Shown here: in pieces, positions 57,592-64,000 of the stretch
Position numbering within the stretch: the first letter of the stretch is position 1
Layout: every line of letters starts with the position of its first letter
Source: a virus
IMG/VR virus record: IMGVR_UViG_3300043425_001673
Location: 1 to 64,000 of that record
Length of the DNA: 64,000 bases
Reading direction: 5' to 3' (one strand)
The notes under the pieces: model-generated
Database searches by the model: none
Seen by the model: the letters and a program-made list of their open reading frames with translations, nothing else
Told to the model about the DNA's origin: nothing
Made by a program: the position numbers and the translations under genes

Positions 57592-58571
57592 AAGGATTTG
57601 TAATGTTTATCACTGGTTATGATAGTTTGCAGACTCAGGTTGATCGAAAACAAAAAGAATATGAAAGACGAAACAAGCCTTTTCGTTTCTATTTGCAAAG
57701 GCCGGGTGATCAGGCCGAAGTCACCTTTCTTGATGAACCGAAGCAGGCTGTTCATGAGCATAAGGTTTTCCAGGTGGGACAGCCTATGCAGATTTTCACC
57801 TGTCCCAAGTTGAATTTCAATCAGCCCTGTCCCTTTTGTGCTGCAGGGCTTCTGACAAGCTTTTCATTTTTCTTCACCGTGATTGATCATCGTCCCTATG
57901 AGGGCAAGGATCAGAAACGTCTTTTGATTGCCAATGAGGATTTGACGAAAAGCCTCATGATGATCAGTCAGCAGAACGGTGGACTTTTGAACAAGCGTCT
58001 TTTGATTATGCGTGGCCAGCAGCAAAAATCCAGCACATCTGGAAACAGCGCTCAGCTTGCCATGCGTGACATGAGGCCGCTTCAAACGGATTTCCAGATG
58101 TATCTGCGTCAACCGTATCCGCAGGATTTCCTGAAGCCATTTGACTATGTAAAAGTTTTTGATGTTGAAGATTTTGAGACGCTGGATTACTGGGCTAAGA
58201 TTGGTGTTCAGGCGCGTGATGCAGCGAAAAAGCAAAAGCGCGGACAAATACACGGACAAGGACAATCGTCCTATCAAGGTCAGGGCGGTTATTCGCAGCC
58301 GAGTTATCCTGTCCACAACGGACAGCCTTCAGGCCAGGGATTTGTTGTCCAGCCGAATGCTCATCAACCGCCGCCACAGATACAGCCTCAATATCCTCCA
58401 CAGGGATATCAGCAGCCGCCTCAACAGCCGTACTATCCACCGCAGCAGCAGCCGGTTCAGCCGCCTTATCCCCAATATGCTCAATCACCTGCTTTTGCCC
58501 AAGGTCCGGTTACTGGCGTTCCGCTTCACGGTCAACAGAATGAAGAAAATTTGCCTGACATTCCATTCTAG
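57588..58571 (+). CDS. gp32-like ssDNA-binding protein with a Q/P-rich tail
   Basis: H.H..TC......CPFC, VID.R; ends in DIPF. Confidence 0.7.
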   Translation: MKGFVMFITGYDSLQTQVDRKQKEYERRNKPFRFYLQRPGDQAEVTFLDEPKQAVHEHKVFQVGQPMQIFTCPKLNFNQPCPFCAAGLLTSFSFFFTVIDHRPYEGKDQKRLLIANEDLTKSLMMISQQNGGLLNKRLLIMRGQQQKSSTSGNSAQLAMRDMRPLQTDFQMYLRQPYPQDFLKPFDYVKVFDVEDFETLDYWAKIGVQARDAAKKQKRGQIHGQGQSSYQGQGGYSQPSYPVHNGQPSGQGFVVQPNAHQPPPQIQPQYPPQGYQQPPQQPYYPPQQQPVQPPYPQYAQSPAFAQGPVTGVPLHGQQNEENLPDIPF

Positions 58572-58602
58572 GCAAGTGGTTTACGAGTTATTATAATTTG
58601 GT

Positions 58603-58642
58603 GTGTTGCCCGGCTCGGGCAACACCTTCCTTCCATTTTTTT
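58603..58642 (+). terminator. strong hairpin upstream of tnpB (terminator or element left end)
   Basis: GTGTTGCCCG-GCT-CGGGCAACAC followed by a pyrimidine/T run. Confidence 0.55.
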
Positions 58643-58659
58643 AGTTATGATTAAATCTT

Positions 58660-59706
58660 GTGGCAATAAAGACGATCAAAATTCGCATCAAAGATTCAAC
58701 GAGCGCTAGACACCTAAAAAAAATGGCGAATTCGGTGAATTGTGTATGGAATTTTTGTAATGAAACGTCGCTTTATGCAATTCGCTATAACAATGAATGG
58801 CTATCTGGTTTTGATCTTCAAAAGCTAACAAAAGGAGTTAGCAAAGACCTTGGCATCAATTCCACTACAGTCCAGGAAGTCTGTTCAGAATATGCCTTAC
58901 GCAGAAAGATTGCAAAAAAGCGAAAGCTGCGTTGGCGTGGTCAAAAATCTCTTGGATGGATTCCATTTAAGAATACCGGCATATCATTTAAATATGGGAA
59001 CGTTTACTATGCAGGGCATGAACTAAAGTTGTTTCAGCCTGAACGTTTGCCTTTGAATGGTGAGTATGGATCAGGCGAATTCTGTGAGGATTCGCGTGGC
59101 CGTTGGTATCTTTGTATCTCAATCCAATATGAAGTCAAAACACCAGAAGTTTATGCTGCAGTTGGTATAGACCTTGGCTTTAAATCAACAGCTACACTTT
59201 CAAATGGTCAAAAAGTCTCTAATGGTCGCTACTATCGCATGATGGAGCGAAAGTTGGTTAAGGCTCAGCAGGGCAATAAAAAGCGTCAAGTCAAAGGCAT
59301 TCACGCCAAGATCAAAAACAAGCGAATGGATGATTTGCATAAGGCGTCAACCAAGATTGTTGAAGAGAACAAGGTCATAGTTGTAGGTGATCTGCCAGCA
59401 AAAAATCTAGCAAAAACGAAAATGGCAAAATCGGTCAATGATGCTGCTACGACTATGTTTAAAACAATGCTGAAATATAAAGCGAGTGCGCATCAGCGTT
59501 GGTATGTGGAAGTCAATGAGGCTAACACAACGAGAACCTGTTCTGTCTGTCTAGCAATACCAGACAGCGCTCCGAAAGGAATGAAGGGACTCTCGATAAG
59601 AGAATGGGTGTGCTGCGATTGTGGAACTATTCATGATAGAGACATCAATGCAGCACTGAACATTCTCCGTATCGGGTGCGATACGCTAGCGTCTGAAGTG
59701 CGCTAG
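58660..59706 (+). CDS. tnpB: IS200/IS605-family RNA-guided nuclease TnpB
   Basis: VWN, VGIDLG, IVVGDL, VNEANTTRTCSVC, REWVC..CG..HDRDINAA.NI. Confidence 0.95.
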   Translation: MAIKTIKIRIKDSTSARHLKKMANSVNCVWNFCNETSLYAIRYNNEWLSGFDLQKLTKGVSKDLGINSTTVQEVCSEYALRRKIAKKRKLRWRGQKSLGWIPFKNTGISFKYGNVYYAGHELKLFQPERLPLNGEYGSGEFCEDSRGRWYLCISIQYEVKTPEVYAAVGIDLGFKSTATLSNGQKVSNGRYYRMMERKLVKAQQGNKKRQVKGIHAKIKNKRMDDLHKASTKIVEENKVIVVGDLPAKNLAKTKMAKSVNDAATTMFKTMLKYKASAHQRWYVEVNEANTTRTCSVCLAIPDSAPKGMKGLSIREWVCCDCGTIHDRDINAALNILRIGCDTLASEVR

Positions 59707-59740
59707 GAATCTCCTGGCTTGAGCCATGGGAGGGCATCAA
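59706..59740 (+). mobile_element. IS605-type right end / omegaRNA scaffold 3' end
   Basis: GGAATCTCCTGGCTTGAGCCATGGGAGGGCATCAA hairpin ending in TCAA. Confidence 0.75.
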
Positions 59741-59799
59741 GAGTTTTTTTCTTGAGATTATTGTCCCTAAAAAGGCAATTTGATTATGGATGAACAGCA

Positions 59800-61302
59800 A
59801 TGATGAAGCCGAAGGTCAAGAAAAAAGTTGTAATCAGTAACATGGCATGGATCGACAAATCCACGATAAGTCCTGTCGAGATTTTTCAGTTCAAAAAAAT
59901 CCTCAGCATCATTCCAAAAGTCATGAGTGACGAAGGTTCCCAGTCGATAGAGATGTTTCGTGAGACTCCTGAATGGTTTGGAATTCCCAGAAATTACTTC
60001 AGGCAGTTCGTTGAATCGAGCGGCTACAACATCAGCTATGACATTTGCCTTGGACGGAGTATTCCACCGCCAAAGGAAAGTCGAATCGAACTCAGAAAAG
60101 AGGATCAGGAGCCTTTTGTAAGGCAAATGCTTGCTTCGCTGACGTGCGGTAACTGGGGTTGTGGTATCGGTGAGGCATACACTGGTTTTGGAAAAAGTGT
60201 CATTGGCGTGAAAATCGCTCAGGAACTTGGCGTCAATGCCTTGATACTTGTTCATAACGAAGAGATACGCGATGTCTGGATCAATGCGTTGAAAAAATTT
60301 TACCCGGAAGCCAGCGTTGGGATCATTCAGGGTGATGAATGCGATTATCAAAAGGACTTCGTCGTTGGTATGTGTCAGTCGCTGATGAATGATAATGGCA
60401 AATACCCGAAGGAAATTTATCGGACATTCGGTCTTGTGTTCGTGGATGAAGTGCATCGCTTTGGTTCCAGAGCATTTGGGAGTGTTGCGCCGAAATTTAA
60501 CAGCCGATATGTGTTTGGCCTGAGTGGAACTGTCAGGCGACAGGACAACTGTGAGGATGTTTTTCATTGGACGATTGGCAACATTGTTGCCTGGGCTGAG
60601 CCTTTGAATCGAGTGATGCCTATTGTATGGTTCAGAAAAACAGATGTTGAGATTCCGGTGAAGTATGAGAGCTATACCGATCTACTGGGACAGAAACGAA
60701 CAAGACAGGTTGTGGATAATAGCGTTCGGTGGACAAGGCCGCATCTTTTGAGGTTTCTCGGCAAGAGTAAAAAGCGTCACAGACAGATTGCAAGGGATGT
60801 TGTGGCGACTCTTAAGAAGAACAGAAATCCACTTTTGGTCAGTGAGAGGAAGGAACCGCTCTATGAAATTTCCGAGGAAATAAAAAGAATCATCGAGTCG
60901 GATGATTTTTTCAAGGACAAGGAAATCACTCATGGTTTTTATTTTGGTGGAACCGATGATAAGGAATCATCAAGAGCAAGGCTTGATGCTGCTGCCCGAT
61001 GTTCAATAGTGTATGCAACACTTCAAAAGGCGAAAGAAGGTGTGGATATCGTAAGACTTGATACACTTTTTCTTGTCACTCCGAACACGGATACCGAACA
61101 GGTTTGCGGAAGGGTTTGCAGACCAATCGTGAAAAAAGTTGACGGTCAAATGGTGAATCAGGCCAGAATGCAGCCTATCGTCTTTGATTACGTTGACACT
61201 GTTTTTTCAGCCTGTAAAAGTTCATTTCATCATCGTCTTGAACTTTATGGAAGGCTTGGCTGGAAAATACTTGATCTTCATAAAATTGATTTCGGAGATT
61301 GA
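59800..61302 (+). CDS. SF2 DExH helicase (UvsW-like)
   Basis: YTGFGKS, DEVHR, GLSGT, EGVDI..LD, Q.CGR.CR. Confidence 0.9.
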   Translation: MMKPKVKKKVVISNMAWIDKSTISPVEIFQFKKILSIIPKVMSDEGSQSIEMFRETPEWFGIPRNYFRQFVESSGYNISYDICLGRSIPPPKESRIELRKEDQEPFVRQMLASLTCGNWGCGIGEAYTGFGKSVIGVKIAQELGVNALILVHNEEIRDVWINALKKFYPEASVGIIQGDECDYQKDFVVGMCQSLMNDNGKYPKEIYRTFGLVFVDEVHRFGSRAFGSVAPKFNSRYVFGLSGTVRRQDNCEDVFHWTIGNIVAWAEPLNRVMPIVWFRKTDVEIPVKYESYTDLLGQKRTRQVVDNSVRWTRPHLLRFLGKSKKRHRQIARDVVATLKKNRNPLLVSERKEPLYEISEEIKRIIESDDFFKDKEITHGFYFGGTDDKESSRARLDAAARCSIVYATLQKAKEGVDIVRLDTLFLVTPNTDTEQVCGRVCRPIVKKVDGQMVNQARMQPIVFDYVDTVFSACKSSFHHRLELYGRLGWKILDLHKIDFGD

Positions 61303-61595
61303 CAATGGATAACGAGCAAATAGAATCAAACCATATCGTAACCAAACAAACCGACGAAACGGATTCGAGGGTAAGCATCTCACTCAGCATGCAGCGGAAC
61401 CTTGGAAACTATGAGCATTGTCATTTCTCCATTCGTTACGAGCAGGCGTGCAGGTCTGATGATAGAGCCATGATAACTGAAATTTTGGACAAGGAGGCTT
61501 CGCAATGGATTGCGAGGAGAAGCCATAAAATAGATCAATTCTTAAGGAAGAGAGATGAAGACAAAGGTCAAGGTCAAAACAACCAAGGAACCTAA
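61299..61595 (+). CDS. hypothetical phage protein (NLGNYE motif)
   Basis: Coupled ORF. Confidence 0.55.
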   Translation: MTMDNEQIESNHIVTKQTDETDSRVSISLSMQRNLGNYEHCHFSIRYEQACRSDDRAMITEILDKEASQWIARRSHKIDQFLRKRDEDKGQGQNNQGT

Positions 61596-62829
61596 AAAAC
61601 TCGAAAAAACAAGCAGCGCGGATATTGTGAAAAATAGATCCGAGCGGGAAAAAATCCTGATCGGTGATATTGAAAAGAAGTTTGGCCAGGGTTTGATCGG
61701 TCGGGCGGGCGATATTGGATATCGCTCCATACCAAGACTATCGACAGGTGTTTTTGCTTTGGATGTTGCGCTTGGCGGCGGCTGGGCAAAAGGTCGAGTG
61801 AACCTTGTCTGGGGACCGCAATCAAGCTGTAAAACCTACCTTATGCTTAAGATGATTGCCTCTGCACAGCAGCACGATTTTTATACCAACCTCCCGCTCA
61901 GTCATGTTGAGGATGGAAAGCCATACAAGATCGCCTATATAGATGTTGAAGGCGCACTGGATTTTGACTGGGCACAAAAGCTTGGTGTTGACCTGTCAGA
62001 ACTTTATTATGTCCGACCTGAACACGCAGAGCAGGCGGCTGATATTGTGGAAAGCCTTATGGCCAGCGGCGTCTTTGATATCATTGTTTTGGATTCACTT
62101 GCAGCCATGACGCCTGAAAAGGAAATGGAAGGGGACATGGGGGATCAGACTGTTGGAACCCATGCAAGAATCAACAACAAGATGTTCCGCAAAATCCAAA
62201 GCGTGATGAACAAGATCAGCAACGAGGATGGACATCTCACTCCGAGCCTTTTTGTTATCAATCAGGAGCGTGAAAAAATCGGCGTCATGTTTGGCAGCAA
62301 CAAGATCAAGCCGGGTGGAAGAGGCCAGGACTTTTATACGACGATGGAAGTCCATACTCATTCACACAAGATGGAATATTTCGATACCGAAAAAACGCTT
62401 CCCAAACATGCGCACTTCAGCTTCAAGGTTGAAAAGAACAAGGCTGCTCCACCAAAGATTGAAGGTCAATTCATATTGGCCGTTGCTGATGATCCAGAAG
62501 GAACATTTGAAGCGGGTGATGTGATGGAGGACGTGACGATTCACAACTACTCGGAGCGGCTTGGTCTTTTCAAAAAGATCGACAGTACAACCTGGGAAAT
62601 GTGTGGAAAGATCTATAAAAGAAAAGGTGATCTTCTCGCTGAGTGGTATCAGGATCATGGCAATCGTGATCGTTTGAAAAGACAGATGCTTCAAATCCTT
62701 TTTCCAAAGGTCTTTGCGCATGTTCAAGAAAAAAGAGCCGAAGGAAGATCCGTTGAAGGCGTGGAGAACAAGGCCGAGGAACAACCAGCCGCCACAGAAA
62801 TCGGATCACAAGACAGTCAGTCAGCATGA
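61555..62829 (+). CDS. recA: RecA/UvsX recombinase
   Basis: STG..ALDVALGGG, GPQSSCKT, YIDVE, VLDSLAA, INQ.REKIGVMFG..PGG. Confidence 0.92.
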   Translation: MKTKVKVKTTKEPKKLEKTSSADIVKNRSEREKILIGDIEKKFGQGLIGRAGDIGYRSIPRLSTGVFALDVALGGGWAKGRVNLVWGPQSSCKTYLMLKMIASAQQHDFYTNLPLSHVEDGKPYKIAYIDVEGALDFDWAQKLGVDLSELYYVRPEHAEQAADIVESLMASGVFDIIVLDSLAAMTPEKEMEGDMGDQTVGTHARINNKMFRKIQSVMNKISNEDGHLTPSLFVINQEREKIGVMFGSNKIKPGGRGQDFYTTMEVHTHSHKMEYFDTEKTLPKHAHFSFKVEKNKAAPPKIEGQFILAVADDPEGTFEAGDVMEDVTIHNYSERLGLFKKIDSTTWEMCGKIYKRKGDLLAEWYQDHGNRDRLKRQMLQILFPKVFAHVQEKRAEGRSVEGVENKAEEQPAATEIGSQDSQSA

Positions 62830-63124
62830 ATCGCAAATATCGAGAGCGCTCGGTGGACAGGAGCACATAGGTTCGGGACGACTCACCGGATGGAAATCCG
62901 ATGGAAGCAGTGAGTGGTATCAGATTGAGTGCAAACAAACTGAGAAGGCGTCGATCGGTATAAAGGTGGAATGGCTTGATAAGATAACAGAAGAAGCCAT
63001 GCCTTGCGGAAAAATTGGTATTGTAGCCATACGCTTTTTAAATGTTGAGAATCAGTTGACGCCACAGGATTGGATCTTGTGTCCTGCTTCAGAATTTTTT
63101 AGATTGCAGGCACTTCAGACTTGA
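62714..63124 (+). CDS. PD-(D/E)xK Holliday-junction-resolvase-like nuclease
   Basis: E......GG....GSG....KSD......IECK.T. Confidence 0.75.
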   Translation: MRMFKKKEPKEDPLKAWRTRPRNNQPPQKSDHKTVSQHESQISRALGGQEHIGSGRLTGWKSDGSSEWYQIECKQTEKASIGIKVEWLDKITEEAMPCGKIGIVAIRFLNVENQLTPQDWILCPASEFFRLQALQT

Positions 63125-63217
63125 CCGCCGAAGTGAAGTCGTGATTCCATCCCATTCATGGAATCCATATTGATAAACAAATCGTGTGTTGCCAGGGATT
63201 GGTGACAAGGGTTTTTT

Positions 63218-63760
63218 GTGGCTGTTTCAGTTGGTTTGGATCTATCGCTTCGCCAGACTGGTGTTGCTGTTATCACCGATACTGCCAAGGCTGAATACTT
63301 CAGTTTCGGTCGTGCCTTGTCGCAGGATGCAGGCAATTACGATAAGATCAAGCGATACATAGATTTGACACAGGGAATTTTAAAGGTGCTGAAAAACTAT
63401 CCAGACGCCTTTATCTCGATGGAGAACTATGGTTTTGGCGGTCCTGGGCTTGCTGTGCAGTGTGAGTTTGGTGGAATCGTAAAATCCCAGATATGGCTTG
63501 CCTATAAAAAGGTTCCGGTGACGCTTCCTTCCACCGTCATACGAAAGCTGCTTCTGGGAACGGATAAGACAGCGGGCACAATCAAGGAGCGTGTTGCCGA
63601 CCGACTGAAGCTTCTGGGTTATCCGAAAGCCAAAAATTATGATGAAACGGATGCACTGGCTGTGGCGCATGTCGTCAGACAGCTTTTCACCGAAGCCAAA
63701 ACGCCTTACGAAAATGAAATCCTTGGACGACTGATGCAGCAAATGAGTCGAGGGAGCTAA
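63218..63760 (+). CDS. RuvC-like resolvase
   Basis: GLDLSLRQTG, MENY, E.GG, DETDA. Confidence 0.85.
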   Translation: MAVSVGLDLSLRQTGVAVITDTAKAEYFSFGRALSQDAGNYDKIKRYIDLTQGILKVLKNYPDAFISMENYGFGGPGLAVQCEFGGIVKSQIWLAYKKVPVTLPSTVIRKLLLGTDKTAGTIKERVADRLKLLGYPKAKNYDETDALAVAHVVRQLFTEAKTPYENEILGRLMQQMSRGS

Positions 63761-63764
63761 GCCG

Positions 63765-64000
63765 GTGCAAGAAGTCAACTTAACGTTGCTATCTGGAAAT
63801 GTAAGCAAAATTGACTATAGCAAAACCATAAAAGTGCAGGATGAAGTCGCGTCATTCACGTTATGTGTTGACCGTGACGGCCAAAATACTACACTGGTCA
63901 GAGTCAATGCGTATGGTTCTCTTGTGCCGCGACTCAGGGATTTCGCCGTGCAGCCGGGGGATTTTCTCATCGTGCAGGGTGAACTGATGAATCGTTATCT
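63765..64000 (+). CDS. ssb: bacterial-type SSB (partial, runs off the window)
   Basis: Hand translation VQEVNLTLLSGNV..ASFTLCV..VNAYG..GDFLIVQGEL. Confidence 0.75.
   Translation, partial: MQEVNLTLLSGNVSKIDYSKTIKVQDEVASFTLCVDRDGQNTTLVRVNAYGSLVPRLRDFAVQPGDFLIVQGELMNRY

Noticed and set aside
58250-58500. CAG/CCG-rich repeat
   Set aside because: Explained by the Gln/Pro-rich linker of the SSB-like protein

Overview
The window is a 64 kb segment of a large contractile-tailed (myovirus-like) dsDNA phage or prophage, with almost all genes on the + strand. Layout: tail chaperone with a -1 frameshift site, tape measure, hub and spike (2.2-10 kb); a ~10.6 kb accessory island splitting the baseplate operon (10-20.6 kb); baseplate wedge and many tail-fibre/appendage genes (20.6-38.7 kb); accessory genes including an Fpg/Nei-like protein and c-type cytochrome lipoproteins (38.7-48 kb); and a replication/recombination block (DnaC-like, DnaB, DnaG, SSBs, SF2 helicase, RecA, resolvases) with glycosyltransferases, an intein and a solo TnpB (48-64 kb). 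Five observations stand out. (1) A Rep/primase-like-HTH-PriCT protein is fused to a minimal reverse transcriptase and sits behind a long structured leader. (2) A standalone RAMP/Cas7-like gene is preceded by a 5-nt-periodic (NGT-NN)n tract and a hairpin, a VIPR-like guide candidate. (3) A ~350-nt ncRNA candidate with a circularly permuted tRNA-like domain and hexamer repeats lies behind a coiled-coil gene. (4) Val-Ser-Gly is about 10-fold enriched in virion proteins, alongside phage rmlA/rmlB and glycosyltransferases (possible virion-glycosylation sequon). (5) An 18-bp palindrome occurs at five gene junctions. All family calls come from reading motifs by eye; no database searches were run.
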